From: Candidatus Magasanikiibacteriota bacterium
Lineage (GTDB): Bacteria > Patescibacteriota > Patescibacteriia > Magasanikbacterales > GWA2-37-8
Assembly (NCBI GenBank): GCA_023246655.1
Contig: JAHFHX010000004.1
Span: 2,762 to 66,761, forward strand
Direction of reading: 5' to 3'
DNA: 64,000 nt
Part shown: piece after piece, positions 9,442 through 19,290 of the stretch
Numbering within the stretch: the stretch's first letter is position 1
How the letters are laid out: each line of letters starts with the position of its first letter
Program-made: the position numbers and the translations under genes
Notes under the pieces: model-generated
Databases searched by the model: none
The model's input: the letters and a program-made list of their open reading frames with translations, nothing else
Told to the model about the DNA's origin: nothing

Positions 9442-10476
9442 TTACCACTCTAGTGTTCCACCGACCTGATATTCAGTTACGCGCGTTTCGAAGAAGTTTT
9501 TTTCTTTATTAAGATCAATCGCCTCACTCATCCAGGGGAAGGGGTTGGGGGTGTTATATTGAGCGGGGAGATTAACACGCCCTAGGCGGCGATCTGCAAT
9601 GTATTCAATATATTTACGGAAACCCTCGGCGTTCATTCCAAAAATTCCTTTGGGAAAAACCTCAGCAGCAAATTTTGCTTCCAGATCTACCGCTTGTTTG
9701 ACTAGATCAATAGTATGTTCCTGAAATTCTGGGGTCCAGAGTTCGGGCTGCTCCTCTTTAATGGCATTAATAATATTGATGCCAAAATTGAGGTGCTGTG
9801 ACTCGTCGCGCATAATATATTGAATTTGCTCAGCGGAGCCGATCATTTTATTTTGGCGTTGGAATCCAAACATAACTGCAAAGGAACTATAGAAAAAGAT
9901 TCCTTCCAAGACAAGTGAGAAGACCACCATGTTTTCTAGAAATTTTTGATCCGCGTCAAATGTTCCAGTTTTGAAGTCAGGATTAAAAATGCCCTCATTA
10001 AAACTAAGGATAAATGCGTCTTTGTTATAGATTGAGTCCACTTCGCGGTACATGTTGAAAATCTCTCCTTCATCGAGACCGAGACTTTCGACAATGTATT
10101 GGTAGGCATGGGTATGAATGGCTTCCTCATAAGCTTGGCGAAGCAGGTACATGCGGCATTCCGGGGAGGTAATGTGACGGTACATGGCCAGGACTACATT
10201 ATTGGCAGCAATGGAATCGGCGGTTGTAAAAAAGCCTAGAACGGTTTTAAGGGCTTTGTGCTCATCTGGAGTGAGAAGGGTAGGAGAATTCCATTGTTCA
10301 ATGTCTTTTTGCATGCTAATTTCCGTGGGGAGCCAGTGGTTGGCATTGCCAACATTATAGGCCTCCCAAGCCCAGGTGTGTTTCATGGGGTAGAGCTGAA
10401 TAACGTCCGCATCCGCGCCGTTGATGACGCGACGGGCATTGATGTCGACCTTGTTAGAGGTTTTGGTGATAGGCAT
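9442..10476 (-). CDS. nrdB: Ribonucleotide reductase class Ia beta subunit
   Basis: EEAIHTHAY, EGIFFYSSF, RDESQH, NFFETRVTEY. Confidence 0.97.
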   Translation of the reverse strand: MPITKTSNKVDINARRVINGADADVIQLYPMKHTWAWEAYNVGNANHWLPTEISMQKDIEQWNSPTLLTPDEHKALKTVLGFFTTADSIAANNVVLAMYRHITSPECRMYLLRQAYEEAIHTHAYQYIVESLGLDEGEIFNMYREVDSIYNKDAFILSFNEGIFNPDFKTGTFDADQKFLENMVVFSLVLEGIFFYSSFAVMFGFQRQNKMIGSAEQIQYIMRDESQHLNFGINIINAIKEEQPELWTPEFQEHTIDLVKQAVDLEAKFAAEVFPKGIFGMNAEGFRKYIEYIADRRLGRVNLPAQYNTPNPFPWMSEAIDLNKEKNFFETRVTEYQVGGTLEW

Positions 10477-10562
10477 ATTGAGAATGATTAGGAAAGTAGA
10501 AAACGGTAGGCAGTAGGCTAGTTAGGAGGAGAGGGAAAAGTAGGACTACTGTCCTTACCTAG

Positions 10563-13382
10563 TTATCCTTGGCATGATTCACAACCGGGGTCATTAATCG
10601 CGCAGGCTTTGGGTGTGGAAGTGGTAGAAGCAGTGGTGACCGTGGGCGGTGGGGGAGGCATGGAAACGGCTTGCGGTTGGCCCTTTTGCATCTGGCGCGT
10701 GTGCGTGCTACCATAGTCGGACGTATTGACGGTTGATTTTTCTACCTGTGAGGCAGCCAGGGTGCGAAGGTAGTAGGTGGTTTTAAGTCCCATTTCCCAG
10801 GCATACATATAGATATCGCTTAAATCTTTACCAGAGGTGCCCTGGAAGAAGATATTGATAGATTGCGATTGATCAATCCATTTGGCACGATAAGCTGCTG
10901 ATTTTACAATCCAGCGTGGGTCAATTTCAAAGACTTCTTTATATTTAGTTCGTAGCGATCCAGGAATTTCGTGAATTTCCGAGATATTACCATCATGGTA
11001 TTTAATTTTGCCGAGCATCTCAAAGTCCCAGAGCCCTAATTTTTTTAGATCTTCTACGAGGTAAGAATTGATGATGACAAAGTCGCCAGCTTGATTGGAT
11101 TTGACATAAATATTTTTATAAATTGGTTCCACCGTGGGAATGCAGCCAACAATATTGGCCGTGGTAGCGGTTGGAGCCACCGCCATACAATTGGAGTTGC
11201 GCATTCCGTATTGTTTAATCGCGCCACGGACAACGTCCCAATTAAGGGTGGTGGTGCGCTCTACCGGAATAGCCATGCCCCGTTCTTTTTCCAGAAGTTC
11301 AATCGTATCCAGTGGCAGAATTCCGCGATCCCACTTGGAGCCGCGATAGGTTTCATAGGCGCCGCGTTCGCGGGCTAACTCCGTTGAGGCGAGGATGGTG
11401 GAATATGATACTACCTCCATGCTGTAGTCTGAGAATTTTACACACTCTTCACTATCAAAATTAATTCCTAGTTGATAGAGTGCGTCCTGGAAGCCGCGGA
11501 GACCCAAGCCAACCGGGCGGTGACGAAGGTTTGAACGCCGGGCATCTTCGGTAGGGTAATAATTGATATCAATAACATTATCAAGCATGCGCATGGCAAT
11601 TGATACCACTTCTTGCACCAACGCGGTATCAAATTTACCGTTGGTAACAAACTTGGCAAAGTTTAAGGAACCAAGATTACAAACTGCAGTTTCATTTTCT
11701 GAGGTGTTTAAGGTGATCTCGGTGCAAAGGTTGGAGTTGTGGACAACACCGATATGATCTTGAGGGGAGCGCAGGTTTGATGGATCTTTAAAGGTAATCC
11801 ATGGATGGCCGGTCTCAAAGAGCATCGCGAGCATTTTTTTCCAAAGGTCTCGCGCCTTCAGGCGTTTAAAGAGGGTAACTTTACCATCATCCGCCATTTT
11901 TTCATATTTTGTGTATTGTTCTTCAAAACGTCGTCCATAGATATGGTGTAAATCGGGCGTTTCATCGGGGCTAAATAATGTCCAATTACCATCTTCGCGA
12001 ACTCGCTGCATGAATAAATCAGGGATCCAGTTAGCAGTATCCATGTCATGGGTTCTAATGCGGTCGTCGCCAGTATTTTTGCGTAGCTCTAAAAACCGTT
12101 CAACATCATAGTGCCACGTTTCCAGATACACACAGGCAGCACCGCGCCGACGGCCGCTTCGGTTGATGGCGACTGTTACATCATTGGCAATTTTGAGGAA
12201 GGGAATGACGCCTTGAGACTCGACACCCGTGCCCTTAATAAAGGCTCCGGTGCCGCGCAGGTTTGTCCAGTCGGTACCAATGCCCCCGGACCACTTAGAA
12301 AGCTGAGCGTTATCCGCATAGGTTTTGAAAATATTATCAAGCGAATCAGAAACGGTATTAAGGTAACAAGACGAAAGCTGCGGTTTGGGCGTGCCGGCGT
12401 GAAACAGCGTGGGGGTAGAGGGGGTGTAGAGGAGCTTCGACATGATGTCGTAGAATTTAATGGTCCATTCAGTTTTCTTTTCACGCTCCTGCAGTGCCGT
12501 GCCCATGGCGATGCGCATCCAGAACATCTGAGGTGTTTCCAAGGTTTGTTTGGTGGTGTGGTCACGAATAAAATAGCGATCGTATAAAGTTTGCAAACCA
12601 AGATATACAAATAAATCATCGCGGTCAATTACCAAGGCATTACTGAGCTGTTCAAGGTCAAAGGCCAGTAGGCGCGGGTCGAGTCGTTCAATTTCTACCC
12701 CCTGCTTAATATTTTTGATAAAAGCAGCCCGATATTGTGCCTGTAATTTTGAGAAATCAATGACCTCGGCTCCGATCGTATCTTTATAATTAGTAAAGAG
12801 CAATAAGCGCGCGGCGACTTTAGCATAGTTTGGATCTTGCTCAATCATGGCCCGGGCTGTCATTATAAGGGCCTTAGCAATATCGGCAGTTGTAATACCT
12901 TCATGGAGTTCCGACCGGCATTGATTAAGGACGGCCTCGATATCCACGCTGGTTTCTAATCCTTTTATGGCGTAGCTTAATGACCGGCGTAGTTTCTCTA
13001 GAGAAAATGCTTCTTTGTTGCCGGCACGTTTGGTTATGAGGAGCGTGTTTTTTTCAATTTTTTCAAGGATTTGTTTTTTCTTTTCGGCGCGTTCTTTGGC
13101 ATGTTCATAACGATACAGAATGTAGGCTTTGGCAACGTCATAATACCCTTGTTGCATTAATTCACGCTCCACAAAGTCCTGGACATTTTCAACGGCCGGG
13201 GGAGTATCAGCAAAGAAACGTTCAATAGTACCAAGTACAGCATCGACGACCAACTTTGCTTTGTCTACTTCGAGCGTACCACGCACTTCTTGAAAGGCCT
13301 TGCTAATAGCGAGGGAGATTTTTTCAGCATTAAAATCCACCATGCTACCGTCGCGTTTTTTTATTTTAGTAAGAGCCCCCAT
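10563..13382 (-). CDS. nrdA: Ribonucleotide reductase class Ia alpha subunit with two N-terminal ATP cones
   Basis: KKRDG and TKRAG ATP-cone starts, PQLSSCY, SNLCTEI, VCNLGS, KTTYYLR, C-terminal CAINDPGCESCQ. Confidence 0.97.
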   Translation of the reverse strand: MGALTKIKKRDGSMVDFNAEKISLAISKAFQEVRGTLEVDKAKLVVDAVLGTIERFFADTPPAVENVQDFVERELMQQGYYDVAKAYILYRYEHAKERAEKKKQILEKIEKNTLLITKRAGNKEAFSLEKLRRSLSYAIKGLETSVDIEAVLNQCRSELHEGITTADIAKALIMTARAMIEQDPNYAKVAARLLLFTNYKDTIGAEVIDFSKLQAQYRAAFIKNIKQGVEIERLDPRLLAFDLEQLSNALVIDRDDLFVYLGLQTLYDRYFIRDHTTKQTLETPQMFWMRIAMGTALQEREKKTEWTIKFYDIMSKLLYTPSTPTLFHAGTPKPQLSSCYLNTVSDSLDNIFKTYADNAQLSKWSGGIGTDWTNLRGTGAFIKGTGVESQGVIPFLKIANDVTVAINRSGRRRGAACVYLETWHYDVERFLELRKNTGDDRIRTHDMDTANWIPDLFMQRVREDGNWTLFSPDETPDLHHIYGRRFEEQYTKYEKMADDGKVTLFKRLKARDLWKKMLAMLFETGHPWITFKDPSNLRSPQDHIGVVHNSNLCTEITLNTSENETAVCNLGSLNFAKFVTNGKFDTALVQEVVSIAMRMLDNVIDINYYPTEDARRSNLRHRPVGLGLRGFQDALYQLGINFDSEECVKFSDYSMEVVSYSTILASTELARERGAYETYRGSKWDRGILPLDTIELLEKERGMAIPVERTTTLNWDVVRGAIKQYGMRNSNCMAVAPTATTANIVGCIPTVEPIYKNIYVKSNQAGDFVIINSYLVEDLKKLGLWDFEMLGKIKYHDGNISEIHEIPGSLRTKYKEVFEIDPRWIVKSAAYRAKWIDQSQSINIFFQGTSGKDLSDIYMYAWEMGLKTTYYLRTLAASQVEKSTVNTSDYGSTHTRQMQKGQPQAVSMPPPPPTVTTASTTSTPKACAINDPGCESCQG

Positions 13383-13644
13383 ATGATTGGAGTTATTAGT
13401 AATTAATTATTAGCAGCGATATCGTTACCAATAATTAGGAACCAATAATAGTTTAATTGACCACAGGGTGCCAAACATTTCGCAGTTGATGGGTCCCGGC
13501 TTGTCGTCGGAACCGATCCTCTCGAGATGTCTAGCGCGCTATGGTCAAAGAGATTAAAAATCTCATACTAATATTAGTATGAGATGGTCCCGATTCAGCC
13601 GGGACGCTTGTGAAAGGTCTAGGACGTAGTATACCACACCTTAA

Positions 13645-13692
13645 ATACTACATGTAGTGGTCAAACCTGTGGATAACTACTATATGTGGTAT
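13645..13692. promoter_or_regulatory. Tandem NrdR boxes
   Basis: ATACTACATGTAGTGG (13645-13660) and CTACTATATGTGGTAT (13677-13692), 32 bp apart, upstream of nrdA. Confidence 0.85.
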
Positions 13693-13758
13693 TATTGGTT
13701 ACTAATGGTTGGTTATTGGTAGTAATAGTTACTTGTAATTCGCTCCTAACCGAAGGCG

Positions 13759-14469
13759 CTACTTTCCTAGCCGGCGCTCAGTTTGTTCGTATGTTTTAAG
13801 TGCTTGGTGAAAATCCTCAACCGAAAATTCCGGTAACATCTTGTCCGTAAAGTACAACTGGGCATCGGCCACATCCCACATCATAAAACCGGTGGAGAGG
13901 TGTGGGTCGCCGCCGGTTCTGATAACGAGATCAACGGGAGGCAGGTCTTTGGTGTAGAGATGTTGTTTGATAGCGGCCGCGGTGATTGGTTGACTCCCTG
14001 GTAGGGGTGAAGCACCATTCGTTACGGCGCCCGTGACAATATTTTGGATCGCTGACGTCATTTCCTCGGTACCGTTGTACGCTAACAGAAAGGTTAGATG
14101 GCGTTCTGAGTAGGTTTTAGTGGCTTCAAGCATACCATTAATTGCTTTTTGGCACTCCTGGGAAAAATAATCTGGCCATCGGCCGATGGCCCGGATGCGG
14201 ACACGACGCTGGTGGATAGCTTTGGCTTTGGTCAATTTTTTAAAATAGCGAGTAAATAATTTGTACAGAAATTGTATTTCAGTGTCCGTTCGTTTGGTAA
14301 TATTATTAATGGAAGCCCCCCAGAGCGACAAGTGACTCACGTTTAATTTTAAGGCTGCTTCAAGGATTTTTTGTATTGCTTCGGCTCCTTTTTTATGCCC
14401 TGCAAAGGCAGGGAGCCCACGTTGTTTTGCCCACCGGCGATTGCCATCAGGAATTATAGCAATATGCAT
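13759..14469 (-). CDS. uppS: Undecaprenyl-diphosphate synthase (cis-prenyltransferase)
   Basis: HIAIIPDGNRRWA, DLVIRTGG..HLSTGF. Confidence 0.93.
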   Translation of the reverse strand: MHIAIIPDGNRRWAKQRGLPAFAGHKKGAEAIQKILEAALKLNVSHLSLWGASINNITKRTDTEIQFLYKLFTRYFKKLTKAKAIHQRRVRIRAIGRWPDYFSQECQKAINGMLEATKTYSERHLTFLLAYNGTEEMTSAIQNIVTGAVTNGASPLPGSQPITAAAIKQHLYTKDLPPVDLVIRTGGDPHLSTGFMMWDVADAQLYFTDKMLPEFSVEDFHQALKTYEQTERRLGK

Positions 14470-14497
14470 ATATCAATTTACTATCACGTTGAATAAT

Positions 14498-16165
14498 CTA
14501 GATCTCATCAAACAACCCACCCTTACCAAGTAGTCCAACATTATGGCTATAATCTACCGGTACGTCGATGATGACCGGTCCTTTGATTTTGAAAGCTTGG
14601 GCGAGGGTAGGGGCAATGTCAGTAGGTTTTTCAGCACGTAGGCCGGTTGCGCCAAAGGCCTCGGCATATTTAACAATATCAGGATTCCCAAATTTGGTAC
14701 CGGAGATGCGACCATGAGAGACCATTTGCTGAATTTCTACAAGGTTGTAGCCGCCGTCACGCCAGACAATGTGGACCAGATTGAGTTTGCGTCGAACCGC
14801 TGTTTCAAGCTCCATCGCGCTCATGAGGAATGACCCGTCACCAGAACATGAGACAATTCGACGAGTCGGCTCAGCGAGACGCGCGGCAATAGCCCAGGGC
14901 AAGGCGACGCCCATGGTTTGAAAGCCCATGCTAAAGAGGAGTGTTTTTGGCTCAAAGGTAAAGTATTCCCGGGCGAGCCACACCTGGTGGGAGCCGACGT
15001 CAGAGATAACAATGTCGGTATCTTTGAGGGCACGGCGAATTTCCGCGACGAGACGGGCGGGATGAGTTTTTTGGCCGTCGTGGGCCAGGCCACGAGCCTG
15101 CTCTTTGAGGAGAATTTGTTGGGAAGCTCGCTCGCTTTTTGTTAAACTCCAGTGACTATTTTTAAGGTGAAATTGTAGGCGTTTTAAAATTGCAGCAATA
15201 TCGCCAATTAATTCGGCGGCCGGAGTATAGTTGCTGTCAACATCAGCTGGGAGACGGTCGATATGAATAATTTTGGCTTTAGTTGGCCACATGGTGGGAG
15301 CATATTCCACAACGTCGTAGCCAATGGTGAGCACAACATCCGCTTCGCGGAGGGCTACATCGCCGGGCTCTTCTACTGCTAAGCCAACGCGACCAAGGAA
15401 TTGCCCTACTAGCTCGCGGCCTACCACGCCGGCTGCCTCAAAGGTGCCTACGGCAGGGATGCCAGTTTTTTTGAGGAAGACTCGTACGGCGGTAGTTGAT
15501 CGATGATCAGCGGACCCGACGCCGAGGAAGACAACCGGACGCTTAGAATGTTCAAGGCATTTTGCAATCTCGGCCAATTTTTCATCATACACTTCCTCGT
15601 TTTCTTTAGTGTCAGGGAGTCGTACAAGTGGTTTTCCAGCATGTGTTCCGGTGAGAATGTCGGTTGGAAACGCTAGATGCGTGGCGCCAGCGCGTGGAGA
15701 AGCGGCTGTACGAAAGGCTTGGGCTACTGCTTCCGGAATTGCGGCGGTGTCTTCCAGTTCAACGCTCCACTTAGTAATAGGGGCAAATAGTGCGGCGGCG
15801 TCAATATTTTGGTGGCGATTTTGGAATCGATGGGCACGTGGAGTTTGCCCAGTGAGGGCTACCACCGGATCACGGTCAGCTGTGGCCGTCGCTACGCCAG
15901 TAACAAGATTGGTGGCACCCGGACCAACGGTGGCTATACAAACACCCGGTTTTCCGGTAAGCCGGCCCCAGGCCTGGGCCATAAATGCGGCATTTTGTTC
16001 GTGGCGACAGACCACAAATTCTGGCCCACGGTCATGGAGCACATCTAAAATTGGCATTAGTGACGCTCCGGGGACACCAAAAATATATTTAACATCGTGC
16101 GCTTCCAGGCAATCTACCAAGAGTGCGGCGCCCGATTTAGCGATGATTTTTTTGTTTTTTGGCAT
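14498..16165 (-). CDS. alsS: Acetolactate synthase (catabolic AlsS type), ThDP-dependent
   Basis: FGVPGA, RHEQNAAFMA, GPGATNLVTG, QTMGVALPWAIAA, SGDGSFLMSAMELETAVR. Confidence 0.85.
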   Translation of the reverse strand: MPKNKKIIAKSGAALLVDCLEAHDVKYIFGVPGASLMPILDVLHDRGPEFVVCRHEQNAAFMAQAWGRLTGKPGVCIATVGPGATNLVTGVATATADRDPVVALTGQTPRAHRFQNRHQNIDAAALFAPITKWSVELEDTAAIPEAVAQAFRTAASPRAGATHLAFPTDILTGTHAGKPLVRLPDTKENEEVYDEKLAEIAKCLEHSKRPVVFLGVGSADHRSTTAVRVFLKKTGIPAVGTFEAAGVVGRELVGQFLGRVGLAVEEPGDVALREADVVLTIGYDVVEYAPTMWPTKAKIIHIDRLPADVDSNYTPAAELIGDIAAILKRLQFHLKNSHWSLTKSERASQQILLKEQARGLAHDGQKTHPARLVAEIRRALKDTDIVISDVGSHQVWLAREYFTFEPKTLLFSMGFQTMGVALPWAIAARLAEPTRRIVSCSGDGSFLMSAMELETAVRRKLNLVHIVWRDGGYNLVEIQQMVSHGRISGTKFGNPDIVKYAEAFGATGLRAEKPTDIAPTLAQAFKIKGPVIIDVPVDYSHNVGLLGKGGLFDEI

Positions 16166-16469
16166 AGGGAAGCGTGCTTGGCACATAGGTGCCTGCGCGA
16201 ATTACCAGGAGGGTACAGCCCAGCGGAGAGCGCGAGGTGTGCACTGAGTTTTTTGAGTTAATTTTAAAGGCACCTTTTTTGTAGCGACCAAATTCATCTT
16301 GGAGTTCGCCATCAAGTACATAGACCCATTCAAAGTTGGTATGACGATGGGTGGGAAGCACAGTTCCCGCCTTAATACGGACGAGTTCGGTGCGGAGTTT
16401 AGTGGTAAAATCTTCGGCAAGAATTTTGATGGTGACGCCAGTGGGGCGAATGGATTGAGCGGTTGGCAT
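16137..16469 (-). CDS. ChrR-like cupin domain protein
   Basis: PTHRHTNFEWVYVLDGEL...G...SVHT cupin motifs. Confidence 0.8.
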   Translation of the reverse strand: MPTAQSIRPTGVTIKILAEDFTTKLRTELVRIKAGTVLPTHRHTNFEWVYVLDGELQDEFGRYKKGAFKINSKNSVHTSRSPLGCTLLVIRAGTYVPSTLPYAKKQKNHR

Positions 16470-16570
16470 AGAGCAATAAGAGCGCCTGTTTTGGCGGCAG
16501 TATTTTATCACGCCTGTTTTTTTTTCACAAACCAAAAAGCCGCTCTTGTGGAGCGACATATTTTTTGGTG

Positions 16571-16643
16571 TGGACCGATGGGGATTCGAACCCCAGACCC
16601 TCGCGTTGCAAACGCGATGCTCTACCAGCTGAGCTATCGGCCC
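16571..16643 (-). tRNA. tRNA-Ala (anticodon UGC)
   Basis: GGGCCGATAGCTCAGCTGGTAGAGC-ATCGCG-TTTGCAA-CGCGA-GGGTCTGGGGTTCGAATCCCCATCGGTCCA; G3-U70 pair. Confidence 0.97.
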
Positions 16644-16775
16644 GTGATTAGTTTAGAATCTGTAAAGTCATAAAGCCCGATTTAACTTTGCAGACTTTAA
16701 AAATATATCAGTAGTTCGTGTGAAAGTCAATTGTATGGTATTATATTCCTTGTATTTTTAATGTTTTGATGAAAT

Positions 16776-17216
16776 ATGCAGGAATTTTATTTTCTTGGTC
16801 AAATTATTATCGCGGTTATTTTGGGCGGCGTGCTTGGTTTGCAACGTGAACGATGGGGCAAGCCAGCGGGGCCGCGCACCTATGCGTTGGTAACAGCTGG
16901 ATCAACCTTGTTTACCGTTTTGTCTCTATATGGGTTTGGTGGCGGCCAAAACGTAACCCATGTGGCGGCGCAAATTGTTACGGGGATTGGATTTTTGGGT
17001 GCCGGAATGATTCTCCACAAAGAGAACCGGCTGGAAGGCCTGACGACCGCAGCCGGTCTTTGGATTACGGCCGCAATTGGGATGGCCGTGGGACTGAGAT
17101 ATTTTATTCTTTCGGTCGGCACAACAGCCATTATGCTACTACTCTTAATGTTTGATGATCAACCGTTTAAGAAAATGGTGACGGACAAAATGAATAGTCC
17201 TAAGGTTCAAAAATAA
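16776..17216 (+). CDS. MgtC/SapB family membrane protein
   Basis: GLQRE..GKPAGPRTYALV, AAQIVTGIGFLGAG, GLTTAAGLW. Confidence 0.93.
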   Translation: MQEFYFLGQIIIAVILGGVLGLQRERWGKPAGPRTYALVTAGSTLFTVLSLYGFGGGQNVTHVAAQIVTGIGFLGAGMILHKENRLEGLTTAAGLWITAAIGMAVGLRYFILSVGTTAIMLLLLMFDDQPFKKMVTDKMNSPKVQK

Positions 17217-17279
17217 TACGATAACCTTTTAGGTGGTTTGTGTTTGGGTCTAAAAAGGGTACTGGTGTACTCTTTTTAT

Positions 17280-17783
17280 TTATCCTTTAAGATAGAAGCG
17301 GCCAAGCCAGAATAAGATGATGACATAGAAAAAATCAAAATGGATGCGCTTGAGAAAATTGAGGGTATACAGCACGCCCACAAAAGGTAGGCCAATAATT
17401 TTGAGCGGGTTACGCCAGAGATGGCTAGTGGATGTTCGAAAGAGCGACTCGGCATCACCGGTGGAAGGAATGGCATGGAGGCCAATAGCAACGGCGAGCC
17501 AGGTATAGAGGATTTTGTGCCAGTCTATATATGGCGCCGTGAGTTTTGCGCACAAAAAAAGAGTGAGGAGTGAATTAGCTATGAGTGGCCCAAAAGAAAT
17601 AAAAATTGCTTGGTAAAAGTTGTGTGGTTCATCGTGGGTAACAAAGCCGGCCGTGGTTTTATCAAACTGAAATAGTTTTATTTTATGAATTTTTATTCCT
17701 GCTACCCAGCAAAAAAAAGCGTGGCCGAGTTCATGGACGACGACTCCGGGGGCAGTTAATAGACTGAAAATATAATACCACAT
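17280..17783 (-). CDS. Membrane metalloprotease-like protein (HExxH; M50/DUF3267-like)
   Basis: VVHELGH, FGP, PSTGD motifs with TM helices. Confidence 0.75.
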   Translation of the reverse strand: MWYYIFSLLTAPGVVVHELGHAFFCWVAGIKIHKIKLFQFDKTTAGFVTHDEPHNFYQAIFISFGPLIANSLLTLFLCAKLTAPYIDWHKILYTWLAVAIGLHAIPSTGDAESLFRTSTSHLWRNPLKIIGLPFVGVLYTLNFLKRIHFDFFYVIILFWLGRFYLKG

Positions 17784-17854
17784 ACCTTTTGTTTATTCAG
17801 TTTGTTGCTTCATTGTTCGATTGTCTAACAATAGAGTAATGGAGCCATGATAAT

Positions 17855-19285
17855 TTAAGTAATTGAGTCTGTTGTTACATAATATTGATGTGAGGATATG
17901 ACGATGGCTGCCAGTATCCAGAATAACATCGCGAGATCATTTTTAAAATAGGGCACATCGATGAGGCCGTGCAGTATGATGATAGTAAGAGCTGTAATGA
18001 GACTGGCACTGAGAAGCTTGTCGGAGTGTTGATATATTTTATAACAAATAACAAATAACAAATAACAAATAACAACGAACGAGCACATTCCGACGAGACC
18101 GATTTCTGTCCAAAAGTTGAGGAAGATGTTGTGTGGGTAGATGAGGCGTTCCATTTTTTTAACATCATAGTGTGGTTTTTGAATTTTGCGAAAGAATTGG
18201 CGAATGCCGGTGCCAAAGAGGAAGTTTTTGGGTGATTGTGTTAAGTAATTCCACGAATAGGACCAGAGAGTTAAACGATTGGTGAGTGATTGAGATTTTT
18301 GTTGCGGGAAGTAGGAAGTAGGAAGTAGGAAGTAGGCGGCGATGAAAGCGATAGTTATGAGAGTCGCGATAAGCGCGATTTTTTTGTGACCAATGAGATA
18401 GGTAAAGAGAACTGTTCCGAGCACGAGGGCGGTGAAGGTGCCGAGGGATTTGGTAAGGAGGATGACGAGTGTGGAAATGAGAGATAAGGAGATAAGGAGA
18501 TAAGGAGATATTGTTTTGGGTGGAGAGGTGTGATTGTTTTTTCGGTAGTGCAAAATTAAAAATAAAATGAGAGGAACAATCGGCCCGAGATATAATCCAA
18601 CTGCGTTGGGAGAGAGGAAAAATGAGGTGATACGGTGGGTTTGGAGGGCAATCCAGTCCACATTGCCAATGTGCCAGCCGGTAAAGCGTTGGAGGATGCC
18701 GAAGATACTAATGCTGAGGGTGGAGAGGGCGAGGAACCAGATGAGGTTGGTTGGTGTTAGGGTGGTAGGTTGTAGGGCGGTAGCGCAGTAGGCTAGCATT
18801 CCCCGCTGGGGCGGGGTAGGGGTGGGTGAGGACGCCGGCGTGGCCGTTGGCGGAACCGCGAAGTGCCCCCCCCGCCCAAGCGGGGATTTGTCGTCGTCGA
18901 CTCGACCAACGAGCATCACAAATACCAGCATCGGTTCCAAAAAGTAGGCCCGCCATTGGCCAAGTGAGTAATACCACATGTCGGAAACGAAGATGCCGGC
19001 GATTGAAGCAAGAAAGAACAAAGAACAAAGAACAAAGAACAACTTGTTAATTGTTAATTGTTCTTTTATGTGTGACCAGTCCGCGCGGGCATGCTTGACG
19101 AGCCAGACTAAAAATAAAACTCCGAACATGAGTTCGAGCAACGTTGATGGGAGGGGGCCGACTTTGAATCGAATGAGGTATGTGGGGAGACCAATAATAA
19201 ACAGGCCAATGGCGAGGCGGAAATTTTTCCAGGCAAGGAGAGTAAAAGCAAGGCCGTAGAGAGTGAGGAGCAATAATGGTAACAC
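17855..19285 (-). CDS. O-antigen ligase/polymerase (Wzy_C) family protein carrying in-frame repeat insertions
   Basis: Multi-TM; SPNAVGLYL, RLTLW, FGTG, YPHNIFLNFWTEIG, HGLID. Confidence 0.88.
   Translation of the reverse strand: MLPLLLLTLYGLAFTLLAWKNFRLAIGLFIIGLPTYLIRFKVGPLPSTLLELMFGVLFLVWLVKHARADWSHIKEQLTINKLFFVLCSLFFLASIAGIFVSDMWYYSLGQWRAYFLEPMLVFVMLVGRVDDDKSPLGRGGHFAVPPTATPASSPTPTPPQRGMLAYCATALQPTTLTPTNLIWFLALSTLSISIFGILQRFTGWHIGNVDWIALQTHRITSFFLSPNAVGLYLGPIVPLILFLILHYRKNNHTSPPKTISPYLLISLSLISTLVILLTKSLGTFTALVLGTVLFTYLIGHKKIALIATLITIAFIAAYFLLPTSYFPQQKSQSLTNRLTLWSYSWNYLTQSPKNFLFGTGIRQFFRKIQKPHYDVKKMERLIYPHNIFLNFWTEIGLVGMCSFVVICYLLFVICYKIYQHSDKLLSASLITALTIIILHGLIDVPYFKNDLAMLFWILAAIVISSHQYYVTTDSIT
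18041..19042. repeat. Four intragenic short tandem arrays: (ATAACAA)5, (GGAAGTA)4, (GAGATAAG)~4, (AAAGAAC)4
   Basis: Read directly at 18041-18075, 18307-18336, 18481-18510 and 19013-19042. Confidence 0.9.
18798..18889. repeat. Family-B (CCCC-N-GGGG) palindromic pair, in-frame in the O-antigen ligase gene
   Basis: ATTCCCCGCTGGGGCGGGGTAGGGGTGGGTGA ... CCCCGCCCAAGCGGGGATTT; encodes KSPLGRGG...PTPTPPQRG. Confidence 0.75.
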
Positions 19286-19290
19286 AGGGA

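Noticed and set aside
13995-14012. Possible family-B insertion in uppS (GASPLPGS)
   Set aside because: The match is too short and degenerate to support.
16540-16700. tRNA-Ala as an island integration site
   Set aside because: No duplicated tRNA 3' end and no integrase in the window.
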